Shown in pieces: positions 26,031 through 39,260 of a stretch of 64,000 nt of DNA. The notes under the pieces are model-generated. The model worked only from the letters and a program-made list of their open reading frames with translations, made no database searches and was not told the DNA's origin. This DNA is from Mobula hypostoma. Taxonomy: Eukaryota. A program made the translations under genes and the position numbers. The stretch covers positions 38,194,001-38,258,000 of the forward strand of contig NC_086097.1 in the NCBI RefSeq assembly GCF_963921235.1, read 5' to 3'. The stretch's first letter is position 1; each line of letters opens with the position of its first letter.

Positions 26031-26399
26031 TATGATCATGTGAAGAGGCTCAAAAGACCAACTGACAATTTCATGCTTGTTATTTGTTCATATTGCAACA
26101 ATCATCTATTGAAGTAAATAGATGGGGAGGCATTATGAATATACTTGCCATTGTTCTAAATAGCTTAATAATGACAAGGACGCAGAATGCTACCTTAAGG
26201 CTGTCAACGAATTTCCCAAAACTACATTTTTATAACACAATAAAGCTGAATACATGAGCAAAAGGACCTAAGGGTGACATTGATTAACGTAAAAATCTCT
26301 CTAAGATACATAAGGACCACATGGCCAAAGTCTCACATTATCACCAACCAACGGCTGGAGTATATTCTAGTTTCGAGCAAGGAGTTGCAAATGTATATA

Positions 26400-26865
26400 C
26401 CGAGACTCTTCTTCAGGACTGAGAAGGAGAAAGATGCTAGAATAAAAAGTGGGGGGAGGGGAAGAATAGTTGGAAGATGATAGGTGAAGCCAGTTGGGTG
26501 GGAAAGGTCAAGGTCTAGAGAAGAAGGAATCTGATAGGAGAGCAGAGTGGACCATAGGAGAAAGGGAAGGAGGAGAGGACCCACCCAGGGGAAAGTGATA
26601 GGCAGGTGAGAAGAGGTACAAGGTCAGAATGCGGAATAGAGGAAGGGGGTGGAATTTTTTTTAACTAGAGGGAGAAATCAATATTCATGCCATCAGGTTG
26701 GAGCCTACTCAGACAGAATATAAGGTGTTGCTCCACCGCCCTGAAGGAGGCCTCATCTTGTCACAAGAGGAGTCCATGGGGCGACATGTTGCAATTGGAA
26801 TTAACATGTTTGGCCACCAGGAAGTTCCACTTATGGCAGATGGAACAGGTATGCTCGACAAAACA
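26400..26865 (-). mobile_element. Penelope-like element 3' fragment with 5' half of a hammerhead
   Basis: FVEHTCSICHKWNFLVAKHVNSNCNMSPHGLLL*QDEASFRAVEQHLIFCLSRLQPDGMNIDF, then UTR, then CAGTC-CTGAAGA-AGAGTCTCGG. Confidence 0.8.
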
Positions 26866-28704
26866 TTTCAGAATTATTGAAAATCCCAAAAATGACATTT
26901 ATCAACTTGAAGATACTTAGTAGAATGCTTGACAGCAAATGGCATCAGTGCATATGATTTCACAGAGACAAGGCTAACCTCAGACACCCTGGATATGATT
27001 ATCATACCAGAGGGCTTTTCAATTTACTGGACAGAGCAGACTGCTGAATCGGAGAAGGCAAAAGCTGGGGTCTGTATTTCTTTATAAACTCTTTGTGATG
27101 CTCAGACACAGCAGTCTGTCACACTCTTGTTCCCCTGACATGGAACATCTAAAGATTAAATGCCAACCATTCTACTTATCAAGAGAGTTTTCCTCCGTGA
27201 TCCTGACCACAGTTTACTTATCACTAAAGGCCAATGTTAAACAAGCACTCAATGTATTGAGTATGGCGATCAGCAAACAAAAACGACCTGCTCCAATGCC
27301 ATTTAAATCAATGCTGAGGACTTCAATCAGGCTTGTTTGAAGAAACCTCCACCCAGTTATCATCAAAGTGTCACCTGTAACACAACCTGAACCACTCAAG
27401 GACTGTAATGCTACAATTACAAATGCCTACCATTCAATTCCTAGACTGCATTTCAGAAAATCTGATCACCTGGTTGTCCTCCTCCTACCTGCATACAGGC
27501 AGAAGCTAAAAAAGCAAGACTCCAGAGGTAAGGACAACAAAGGGGTGGTTGCAGTAGGCAGAAGAACAACTATGGGATTGCTTTGAATTGGTGGACTGGG
27601 CTTTGTTCAAGGACTCAGAGAATCTGTACGAATATGCCACAGCTCTCACAGACTTTATAAAAACAGTCGTAGATGAGTGTGATCCCACAAAATCATTCAG
27701 TCTTCCTCAACCATGATGAACTATGAGATCCACAATCTGCTGAGGACCAGATTAGTGGCATTCAGATCTGGCGACCAAATAAACACAGGAAGTCCAGGTA
27801 TGACCTCTGGAAAGCCATTTTATATGGAAAGTGGCAATCCAAACCAAACTTCACTCACTAAAGGATGTTCGGATGATCGTCTCTCCACAAAATCATTCAG
27901 TGTGTTCCTTAGAGGACCATGACTCCTGATGAACAATGAGATCCATAATCTGCTGGCGGCCAGGTCAATGGTGTTCTGGTCTGGTGACCAAGTAAGATAC
28001 AAGTGGTCCAGGTACAATCTCCAGAAAGCCATCTCATATATGAAGTGACAATTTGAGCACTGAATGATGCACGACAGCTGTGGCAGGGCTTGAATGCTAT
28101 CACCTCCTACAAAGTGAAACCAAGCAACACAGGTGATGACAAGGTTTTGTTCCCAGATGAGTTCAATCCATTTAATGCTCGCTTTGACCATCAAAACACA
28201 GAGGCACCTTCATGAACCCCCACATCCCCTGATGACCATATCATTTCAGTTTCTGAGGCCAAGGTATGAGTTTCCTTCAGGAGGGTGAACAAATAAGGGT
28301 GAGCTTCGAACAGAGCTCAATCAGAAAGATCTGAAGCCTGAGAAGACAATTGAGTAGAAAAGGCAGCAATTCACAGCATTAACCAATGGAGCTTTGAGCA
28401 ATGTTTGGGATTGATTGGCAAGAACAGATTAAAGAAAGACAGGGCAAGTGGAGCGGCCATTGTTGGAGTGGTCAGAGCTAGAGTGCGGATTTTGAGGCTT
28501 CAGCTCTTCAGGTTTCAGTAGGAGAATGCAAAAAAAGCTGTAGGTATAAGGTTCAACCTCCTCCCTTCCCCACAATTTATTGTTCTTCTTTCTTTATACT
28601 TGCTCAGTTAGAACAATAGAGGGACCAGGCAGGATAGTGGAATGCTGCTCTTGTGTGAAATGGGAAGGCAGGGAAACCTCCAGTGTCCCTGTTGACACTG
28701 CTGC

Positions 28705-29549
28705 ATGTCTCAAGTTTCTAAAAAACCACCTGGATGTTCTACAATGCTTCTGGGACAATGTTCTATGGACAGATGAGACAAATATATATTGTTATGTTTG
28801 GAAGAAAAAGGGCACCGCACACTAACACCAAAACCTCATCCCAACTGTGAAGCATGGTGGAAGGAGCATCATGGTTTGGGGCTGCTTTGCTTCCTCAGGG
28901 CCTGAACAGCTTGCAATTGTCCAGGGAACAATGAATTCAAAATTGTATCAAGTCATTTTACTGGAGAATGTCAGGGTAGTAGTCTGTCAGCTGAAGCTTA
29001 ATAGGAGTTGGCTAATGCAACAAGACAATGATCTGAAAGACAAGAGTATATCAATAGAATGGATAAAAAAGAAGAAAATTCATGTCTTGGAACGGCTACA
29101 TCAAGGTCCTGACCTTAGCCCTATAGGAATGTTGTGGAAGGACCTGAAGCAAGCAGTTCATGCAAGGGAGCCCACTGACATCCCACAGTTGAAGCAGTTT
29201 TGTAAGGAGGAATGGCCTAAAATTCCTCCAAGCCGACGTGCAGGACTGATCAACAGTTAAGGAAAACATTTGGACATTTAGTTAGTTATTGCTGTACTGT
29301 GGGGGGGGGGCAGGGGGGGGCGGTGTCACACCAGTTACTGAAAGCAAAGGTCCACATACTTTTTCCAAAAAATACATGTAATATTTCTCAATGAAAAAAT
29401 GCACAAGTATTATGTTTTTGTGTTATTTATTTAATTGGATTCTCTTCATCTAGTTTTAGGACTTATATGAAGATCTGATCACATTTTAGGTCATTTCTAT
29501 GGAAAAATAGAGAAAATTCGACAGGGTTCAAAAACTTCCTAGCACCACT
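28705..29549 (+). mobile_element. Tc1-like transposon, right half
   Basis: WTDET, KHGGRSIMVWGCF, QQDND, PDLSPI in ORFs 28580..28825 and 28847..29260; TIR-like end ...tagcaccact. Confidence 0.85.
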
Positions 29550-31058
29550 CGGCCCGAAACATTGACTGAACATTTCTCCATAGATGCTGCCTGGCCTGCT
29601 GAGATCCTCCAGCATTTTGTGTGTGTTGCTTGGATTTCCAACATCGGCAGATTTTCTCATTTGCCACTGGATAGAGAGGTAGCTACACCCAAGCTGCAGG
29701 ATACAGGAAGCTGGGTGACAGTCAGCAAGGGGAAAGGGATTAAGGAGCCAGTGCAGAATACCCCTGTGGCTATCCCCTCAACAACAGGTATATCACTTTG
29801 GATGCTGTTGTGACGGAGGGGAGGTGGGTGGGAGATGGCAGGACGACCCAGCAGAGGAAAATCACAGCAGTCAAGTCTCTGGCACCTGAGTCTGACATTA
29901 CGATTCAGAAGAGAAGGTGGGAGAAGAGTCGAGCTGTGGTGATGCAGGATTCGTTAGTTAGGGGAACAGAAAGGCAGGTCTGTAGACAAGAACAAGATTC
30001 CCGGATGGTATGTTGTCTCCCGGGCGCCAGGGTCCAGGACATCTCAGATTGAGTCCTCAGTATTCATAAGTGAGAGGGTGAACAGAGTCATAGTCCACGT
30101 AGGTGCCAATGACATGGGTAGGATGAGTGACGAGGTTCTGCGAGGGGAGTTCAGGGAGTTAGGTGCTAAGTCAAAGGGCAGGACCTCCAGAGTTGTGACC
30201 TCAGAATTGCCAATTGTGTCACTTGCTAGTGAGCCAGAAATAGGAAGATTATACAACTTAACACATGGCTAAGGAATTGGTGTAAGAGGTAGGGCGTAAG
30301 ATTTTTGGACCATTGGATCCTCTTCCAGTGAAGGTGGGTCTTGTTAAAACTAGAGTTGCAAGGGGAATGGGAGGTTGAGAGGTTGTGGACAGATGTTGTT
30401 AAGACCACAGACAGGAACCAAAAAGTTGATCAAGGTGTAACTAATGTCCTGACGTGAATATATTTCAATGCAAGAAGTATCACAGAAAAGGCAGATGAGC
30501 TCAGGCATAGATCAACACCTGGAATTATGAGATTGTAGCCATTAGTAAGACCTTGGTTGCAGGAGGGGGAGGACCAGCAGCTCAATATTCCGGGGTTCAG
30601 ATGCAACAGAGTGGGAGGGACTAAAGGAGGAAGGGTGGCATTAATAGTCAGGGAAAATGTCACAGCAGTGCTCAGTCAGGACAGACTGGAGAACTCGTCT
30701 ATTGAGGTGTTATGGGTGGAACTGAGAAATAAGAAAGGTATGACCATGTTAACGGGGCTATATTACAGACCACCCAACAGTCCGAGGGATTTAGAGGAAC
30801 AAATTTGCAGAGAGATCACAGACAGCTGCAAGAAGCATAAGGTTGTTATGGTAGGTGATTTTAACTTTCCACATATTGACTGGGACTCTCAAACTGTAAA
30901 AGGACTAGATAGTATAGAATTTGTCAAATATATTCGGGAAAGTTTCCTTAATCAGTATATAGAAGTCCCAACATGAGACTGTGCGATACTTGATCTACTA
31001 TTAGGGAATGAGACAGAGCAAGTGACAGAGGTTTGCGTAGGGGAACACTTTGCATCTC

Positions 31059-31785
31059 AGAATCAGAATCAGCTTTATTATCATGGCATGTGACATGAAA
31101 TTTGTTAACTTAGCAGCAGCAGTTCAATGCAATACATAATCTAGCAGAGAGAAAAAAATAAAATAAAAAATAATAATAAACAAACAAGTAAATCAATTAC
31201 ATATGTTGAATAGAATAAAAAATGTGCAAAAACAGTAATACGGTATATAAAAAAAAAGTGAGGTAGTGTTCAAAACTTCAATGTCCATTTAGCAATCAGA
31301 TGGCAGGGGGGAAGAAGCTGTTCCTGAATCGCTGAGTGTGTGCCTTCAGGCTTTCGTACCTGCTTCCTGATGGTAACTGTGAGAAAAGGGAATGCTCTGG
31401 GTGCTGGAGGTCCTTAATAATGGACACTGTCTTTCTGAAAAACCGCTCCCTGAAGACGTCCTGGGTTCTTTGTCGGCTAGTGCTCAAGATGGAGCTGACT
31501 AGATTTACAACCTTCCGCAGCTTCTTTCGGTCCTGTACTGTAGCCCCTCCACACCAGACAGTGATGCAGCCTGTCAAAATGCTCTCCACAGTACAACTAT
31601 AAAAGTTTTTGAGTGTATTTGTTGACATGCTTAATCTCTTCAAACTCCTAATAAAGTATAGCTGCTGTCTTGCCTTCTTTATAACTACATCAATATGTTG
31701 GGACCAGATTAGATCCTCAGAGATCTTGACACCCAGGAACTTGAAGCTGCTCACTCTCTCCACTTCTGATCCCTCTATGAGGATC
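31059..31785 (-). mobile_element. Rex1/Babar LINE 3' fragment nested in CR1
   Basis: VSSFKFLGVKISEDLIWSQHIDVVIKKARQQLYF...RFRNSFFP; (CTGATT)n tail at 31059-31072. Confidence 0.85.
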
Positions 31786-34700
31786 CCTCTCATGATCACA
31801 ATGCCATTAATCAAAGGAGGTATGCAAAAAGATAGGTCTGGTCCATGGGTTGAGATTCTAAATTGGAGAAAGGCCAATTTTGAGGGCATCAGAAAGGATC
31901 TGGCAAGTGTGGATTCTGAGTGGCTCTTTTCTGGCAAAAGTGTACTTGGAAAGTGGGAGGCCTTCAAAAGTGAAATTTTGAGAATACAAAGCTAATAAAT
32001 GCCTGTCAGAATAAAAAGTAAAGAAAACAGGTGTAGGGAACCTTCATTTTCAAGCGGTATTGAGGTCCTGGTTAAGAAAACAAAGGAGGTGCACAGAAAC
32101 TATAGGAACAAATGGGGTGCTTATAGAGTATAAGAAATGCAAGAGAACATTGGGAGGTCTAAAAGAAGGCATGAGGTTGCCCTAGCAGACAAGGTGAAGG
32201 AGTATCCTAAGGGATTCTACAGATATTAAGAGCAAGAGGATTGCAAGAGACAAAATTGATCCTCTGGAAGATCAGAAAGATAATCTATGTGCAGAGCCAA
32301 AAGAGATGGGGGAGATTTTAAATAAATTTTTTGCATCTTTATTTATTTAAGAGATGGACACAGTCTATAGACGTGAGGCATCATCTTCATGGACCCTATA
32401 CGGATTACAGAGGTGGTGGTGTTTGCTGTTCTGAAGCAAATAAGGGTGGATAAATCCCCAGGGACTGACAAGGTGTTCCCTCGGACCCTGCGGGAGACAA
32501 ATTGCCAGGGCCCTAGCAGAGATACTTAATTTCTCCATAGCGACAGGTGAGGTACCAGAGGATTGGAGGATAGCCAATGTTGTTCTCAAGAAATTATCTG
32601 CTGGTGAGCCTGACATCAGTAGTGGGAAAGTTATTGGAAGGTATTCTGAGAGACCGGATATATAAGTATTTGGATAGACATGGACTGATTAAGGATAGTC
32701 AGCATGGCTTCGTGCCTGGTAGGTCATGTCTAACTAATCCTGTCCAGTATTCGAGTAAGTTATCAGGAAAGTTGATGAAGGCAAGGCAGTGGATGTTATC
32801 TACATAGCCTTTAGTAAGGCACTTGACAAGGTCCCACATGGGAGGTTGGTCAAGAAGGTTCAGTCACTCAGTATTCAAGATGAGTTAATAAATTGGTCTA
32901 GAAATTCGCTTTGTGGGAGAGGCCAGAAAGTAGTAGTAGATGGTTGCCTCTCCAACTGGAGGCCTGTAACCAGTGGCGTGCCGCAGAAATCGGTGTTGGG
33001 TCTGTTGTTGTTTGTCATCTATATCGATGATCTGGATGATAATGTGGTTAACTGGATCAGCAAATTTGCAGATGATACTGAGATGGGGGTGTAGTGGATG
33101 GTGAGGAATGCTATCATAGATTGCAGCAGGATCTAGTCCAGCTGGAAAAATGGCAGATGGAATTTAATGCAGACAAGTGTGAGGTGATGCACTTTGGTAG
33201 GACCAACCAGGATAGGTCTTACAGAGTGAACGGTAGGTCACTGAGGAGTGTGGTAGAACAAAGGGATCTGGTCCATAACTTATTGAAAGTGGCATCACTG
33301 GTAAATGGAGTCGCAAAGAAAGCATTTGGTACATTGGCCTTCATAAATCACTTTATAGGAGATGGAATGTTATGCTGAAGTTGTACAAAACACTGGTGAG
33401 TCCTAATTTGGAGTATTGTGTGCAGTTCTGGCCTCCTACCTCCAGGAAAGATGTAAATAAGGTTGAAGGAGTACAGAGAAAATTTACAAAGATGTTGCTA
33501 GGTCTGGAGTTATAAGGAAAGATTGAATAGGTTAGGTCTTTATTCCTTGAACCGTAGAAGATTGAGAGGACATTTGATAGAGGTATACAAAATTATGAGG
33601 GGTATAGATAGGGTAAATGCAAGCAGGCTTTTTCTACTGAAGTTGGGTGGGACTCCAACCAGAGGCCATGAGTTAAGGGTGAAAGAAAAAATGTTTAAGG
33701 GAAACACGAAGGGAAACTTCTTTACTCAGAGGGTTGTGAGAGTATGGAACGAGCTGCTAGCACAAGCGGTGCATGCAAGCTCGACTTCAACATTAAACAG
33801 AAGTTTAGATAGTAGGGAATGGAGGGCTACGGTCCCTGTGCTGGTTGATGGGAGTGGGCAAAATGGTTCAGAATGGACTAGATGGGCCAAAGGGCCTGGT
33901 TCTGCACTGTACTTTCCTATAATTCTATGGAAAGTATCCTGCCCAGATTTGGTACCTGGCTGAGTCCTAAAGACCTGTACTAATCAACTGGCGGGAGTGT
34001 TTACTGTTATCTTTAACCTTTCACTTTGGCCGCCTGGGATACCCATCTGCTTCAAGCAAGTTTCAATTATAAGGGTGCCTAAAAAGAATGTGGTAACCTG
34101 TCTCAATGACTGTCATTCAGTAGCACTTGCATCCATTGTGATTAAGTGCTTTGAGAGGATAATGATGAAACACATTAACTTCTGCCTGTGAAACAACTTG
34201 GATCTGTTTCAATTTGCTGACTGTCACAACAGGTCAACTGCAGATGCCATTTCATTGGCTCTTTACTCAAACCTAGAACATCTGGAGAGTGAAGATGCAT
34301 ACATCAGTGTGCTCCTCATTAACTGCAGCTCAGTATTCAATACCATCATTTCTCCAAAACGAATATATAAGCTCCAAGACCAAGGCCTCAACACCTTCTT
34401 GTGCAACTGGATCCTTGACCAGTTGGTTCAGGTTAGCAACAAAACTTCCTCCGCAATTACCATCAGCGCAGGTGCACCATAAGGCTGTGTGCTTAGCCCC
34501 TGTTCTCCTCAGTTTATACTTATGACTTTGAAGCTAAGCACAGCTCCAATGCCATATTTAAGTTTGCTGACAACACCGCTTTCGTTGGCCGAATCAAAGG
34601 TGGTGATAGATCGGCAAGACCAAGGATCTGATTATTGACTACAGGAGGAGGAAACCAGAGGTCTATGAGCCAGTCATCATTGGAGGATCAGAAACTTCAA

Positions 34701-34812
34701 ATTCCTCAGTTTTTGAGGATCTGTCCTGCAACCAGCACCTAAGTGTCATTACAAGGAAAGCATGGCAGCACCTCTGCTTTCTTAGAAGTTTGCTAAGATT
34801 TGATATGTCATT

Positions 34813-35010
34813 TGGCACGGTGGCATTATGGTAGCACACCGCTTTACTGTACCAGTGACCCAGGTTCAACTCCAGCCACTGCCTGTAAGGAATTTTTGTA
34901 CATTCTCCCTGTGACCGCAAGGGTTTCCTCAGGGTGCTCCAGTTTTCTCTCATAATCCAAAGACCTAGCGGTTGGTAGGTTAATTTGTAAATTGTCCCAT
35001 GATTAGGTTA
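34813..35010 (+). mobile_element. V-SINE/HE1-like SINE nested in Rex1
   Basis: Same head and V-domain (gggtttcctcagggtgctccagtttt..tccaaagac). Confidence 0.7.
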
Positions 35011-35618
35011 GGACCTCATTAAAAAAGTAAAAACTTCAACAAAATTATATAATGTGTGGTGAGAAGCATATTGACTGGTTGTATCACAGCCTGGTTTGGA
35101 TACACGAATGCCCCTAAATAGAAATACAGACAAATAATAGTGGATATTACCCAGTCCATCATGGATAAAGCCCTCCCCACCATTGAGCACCTCTACATGG
35201 AGCACAATTGCAGGAAAGCAACATCTGTCTTCAAGAAGTCCCACCTTCCAGGCCTTATTGCTGCTGTCACCAAGAAGGGGGTACAGAAGCCTCAAGACCC
35301 ACAGTTTCAGGTTCAGTAACAGTTATTACCTGTCAACCATCAGGCTCTTGAAACAGTGGGCAAGATTTCACTGACCTTCATGCACCCCGTCACTGAACTG
35401 TTCCCACAATCTTTGGATTCACTTTCAATGACTCGTCAATATTCTCAATATTTATTGCTCTCTTTGTATTTACAGTTTGTAATCTTTTGCACATTGGTGT
35501 TTGTCCGTCTTGTTGGGTGCAGTCTTTCATTGATTCTATAGTGTTTCTTTGTATTGATTCTGAATGCCTGCAAGAAAATGAATCTCAGGGTTGTATATGA
35601 TGACATATACTGTCTGTA

Positions 35619-35800
35619 TAGTGCCTTTCAAAAGTATTTCACCCCCCCCCCGGTAATTTTCATGGATTTAATTTGACTTTTTTAACACTGATCAACAGAA
35701 AAAGATTTCTGTGTCAAAGTGAAAACAGATCTCTATAAAGTGACCTAAATGAATTACATATACAAAACAAAGTAATCAATTGCGTAAGTATTCATCCCCA
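35619..35800 (+). mobile_element. Solo left TIR of the same Tc1 family
   Basis: Aligns by eye to 36039-36255 with an internal deletion. Confidence 0.8.
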
Positions 35801-36038
35801 TAATAATTTTCATAAATTATTTTCAGATATTTCAACAAACAGTATTAATTGCTATGTCATGAGAATAAAGATATATCTGTTTTGTAACATTTATCAATAA
35901 TTTTGGGATTAGTTTAAAATTTTAGTTTTCTTGCAGTATTCTCTCTATAAATGCTAGAGTTGTAGAGTTAAGACCTTTTGGTCCACCATGTCTGTGCATA
36001 CCTCTTTTAAAGTTCAAAGCAAATTTATTATCAAATTA

Positions 36039-37643
36039 CAGTTCCTATAAAAAGTATTCACCCCCCCCGCCGGTAGTTTTCATGTTTTATTGTTGTACAT
36101 AATTGAATCACCACTGATTTAATTTTTTTTTAAAACACTGATCAGCGGAAAAAGACACTATCGCGTCAACGTGAAAACAGATCCCGACAAAGTGACTTAA
36201 GTTAATTACAAATATAAAGCACAAAATAATTGATCGCATAAGTATTCATCCCCTTTAATATGACACCCCAAATCATCACCGGTGCAGCCAAATGGTTTTA
36301 GAAGTCACATAATTAGTTAAATGGAGATCTGTTTTTGGAGACCTGTGTGCAGTCAAGGTGTTTCAATTGAATGTAGTAAAACCACACCTGTATCTGGAGG
36401 GTCCAACTGCTGGTGAGTCAGTATCCTGGCAAAAACTACACCATGAAGACAAAAGAACATTCCAAGCAAATCTGTGAAAAGGTTATTGAAAAGCACAATC
36501 AAAGGATACAAGAAAATATCCAAGTTACTGAATATCCCTTGGAGTACAGTTAAGTCAATCATCAAGAAATGGAAAGAATATGGCACAGCTGTAAGTTTGC
36601 CTAGAGCAGGCCACCCTCAAAAACTGAGTGACTGTGCAAGAGGAGGACTAGTGAGGGAGGCCACCAAGATTCAGTGGCTGAAATGGGAAGGACTGTGCAT
36701 GCAACAGTTGCCTGGGTGCTTCACCAATCACAGCTTTATAGGAGAGTGGCAAAGAGAAAGGTACTGTAGAAAAAAACAACTCACATGAAATCTCAGCTAG
36801 AGTTTGCCAGAAGGCATGTGGGAGACTTTGAAGTCAGCTGGAAGAAGGTTCTATGCTCTGATGAAACCAAAATTGAGCTTTTTGGCCATCAGAGTAAATG
36901 CTATGTTTGGCATAAGCCAAACATTGCACACCATTTAAAAAAAAACATACCTACCATAAAGCAAAGTGGTGGCTCAATCATGCTATGGGGATGCTTCACT
37001 GCAGCAGGCCCTGGAAGACTTGTGAAGGTAGAGGGTAAAATGAATACAGCAAAATACAGAGAGATCCTGGAGGAAACCCTGATACAGTCTGCAAGAGAAC
37101 TGCAACTTGGGAGAAGATTTGTTTATCAGCCAAACAACGACGCCAAGCATAAAGCCAAACCTACACCAGAATAGCTTAAAAACAAATTTAATGTCCTGGA
37201 ATGTCCAAGTCAGAGCCCAGATCTCAATCCAATTGAGAATTTGTGGCTGGACTTGAAAAGGGCTGTTCACTCACGATCCCCATGCAATCTGACAGAGCTC
37301 GAGCAGATTCATAAAGAGGAATGGGGAAAATTTGCAGTGTCCAGATATGCAAAGCTGATAGAGACCTATCCACACAGACTCAAGGCTGTAATTGCTGCCA
37401 AAGGTGCATCTACTAAATACTGACTTGAAGGGGGCAAGTAATTATGCTATCAATCATTTTGTGTTTAATAATTGTCATAAATTTATACCAATTTGTAGAA
37501 ATTTGTTTTCCCTTTGACACCAAAGATAATTTTCTGTTGATCAGTGTCAAAAAAAGCCAAATTAAATCCACTGTGATTCAATGTTGTAAAACAATAAAGC
37601 ATGAAAACTTCCAAGGAAGGTGAATACTTTTTTATAGGCACTA
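36039..37643 (+). mobile_element. Full-length decayed Tc1-like transposon with long IR/DR-type inverted repeats
   Basis: TA|CAGTTCCTATAAAAAGTATTCACC ... GGTGAATACTTTTTTATAGGCACT, ~215-bp TIRs. Frameshifted transposase 36443-37423 (MKTKEHS, DETKIELFG, SPDLNPIE). Confidence 0.93.
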
Positions 37644-38774
37644 TGAGTCAAACTTCCTAACATCAGCCCTAAACCTTTCATTATATAGAAACTTTACTAT
37701 TGTTGTATTGCTGATACCTACATCCATGTAATATTCTAGATTTTCTTTTACTACCTAACATTTCTCAAAGGTAACTCCCAAATGGTTCTTTGTGAGGTTG
37801 AAGCCCAGACTTCCTTCCAGTAATTTCTTAAAGCTCATTTTCCACTCAACAATCACTTTATTTGTTTCATTAACCCCTTATTAAACATAACTCCACTATT
37901 CCCCTGCATCTCTTCCAATTTCCACACTGTTACTTCATGCTCATTGGGGAATTACCTGTAATCCTACTCCCATTTCTTATCTTCATGCAACACTTCAAAA
38001 GAAGTGGCTATGTCTTCTGCTGCCAAGCCACCAAGCTCAAGAATCCCATCTTTTAATTTCTTAATTTCTTTTCCTTCCTCTATTTCACTCATTTAGAAAC
38101 CACCACAGCCCAACACTCCGAACAAGCTTTCAGCTTCCTGAGAGATGTGGCCTGATACCTTTCTGTACAAATTGGTGCTAAATTTGTTCCCTAACAATTC
38201 AAAAATCAGTCAAAAGTCAAAGTAAAATTTATTATCAGAGTACATACATGTCACCACGTACAACCCTGAGATTATTTTTCCTTGAACCCCTTTTGGGTAT
38301 CCTGCTACAAAAGATGCCACAAATTTTCTCTTCCCTTTTAAAAAAAACACTGTTGAAAGATGTCAATGGTCTACAATGGTGAGTGTTTAAAATCTAATTT
38401 CTCTAATCTCCTTTAGCTAAATTATTCCTCATACCTCTGAAATCTGAAATTAGTTTAGAACTCCAATTTCCAACTTCAGCGTGTTACCCTAAAGCTCACT
38501 GTACCATTCTATTAAACCACCAATTACTTCTCCATCATTCCCATTCCAAAGGATCACTGACTATGAGATTATGAATTAACCCTGTCTCAATACATTGAAA
38601 TAATCCAATATTCCCATTTTCTTATGAGATATTATCAGGAAATTCTCCTGAACACAATATACCAAATGATTTTCCAGAATTCTTATGCCAACTTTATCAA
38701 GGTATCTAAAACATCATGGTGCTCTAGAAGAACATTTCCCACCAATTCTATAGAGAAAATGCCAGGAACACTAC

Positions 38775-39260
38775 GAATCCAACAACACACAAAACGCTGG
38801 AGGAACTCAGGAGGCCAGGCAGCATCTATGGAAAAAAAAAGTAAGTCAATGTTTTGGGCCGAGACCTTTCGGCAGGAATGGAGAAAAAGAAGGTGAGTAG
38901 ATTGAAAAGGTTGGGGGAGTGGGGGGGGGGAAGAAGAGAAACAAAAGGTGATAGGCGAAACTGGGGGGGAGGAGGGATAAAGATAAGAGCTGGGAAGGTG
39001 ATTGGTGAAAGAGATACAGGGCTGGAGAAGGGAGTGTCCGATAGGAGACAATAGAAGGCCATGGAAGAAAGGAAAGGGAGAAGGAGCACCAGAGGGAGGC
39101 GATGGGTGGGCAAGGAGATAAAGTGAGAGAGGGAAAAGGAGATGGGGAATGGTGAAGGGGGGAGGGTCTTTACCATAAGTTCTAAAAATTGATGTTCATG
39201 CCATCCGGTTGGAGGATACCCAGATGGAATACAAGGTTTGTTCCTCCAACCTGAGTGATA
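38775..39260 (-). mobile_element. Penelope-like element 3' end (EN tail, UTR, degenerate hammerhead, terminal repeat)
   Basis: LRLEEQ/LVFHLGILQPDGMNINF, hammerhead remnant at 38843-38880, shared terminal sequence gctggaggaactcag. Confidence 0.8.

Larger units (their letters stand above)
28291..33928 (+). mobile_element. Decayed near-full-length CR1 LINE (ORF1 Cys motif/SGNH esterase plus ORF2), interrupted by three insertions
   Basis: CCSCVKWE; DSLVRG..VCCLPGARVQD; VHVGAND; YYRPPNS/GDFN; KFADD; 3' tail near 33900-33928. Confidence 0.88.
26940..35610 (+). mobile_element. Decayed Rex1/Babar-type LINE split by the CR1 insertion (segments 26940-28290 and 33929-35610)
   Basis: KCQPFYLSREFSSV, KSDH, VALASIVIKCFER. 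The junction gagggtgaac|...|ggaaagtatcc rejoins to match the intact paralog at ~62053-62080. Confidence 0.8.

Noticed and set aside
29298..29322. G-runs as G-quadruplex (also 25756-25773)
   Set aside because: Homopolymer expansions inside decayed transposons; no evidence of function.
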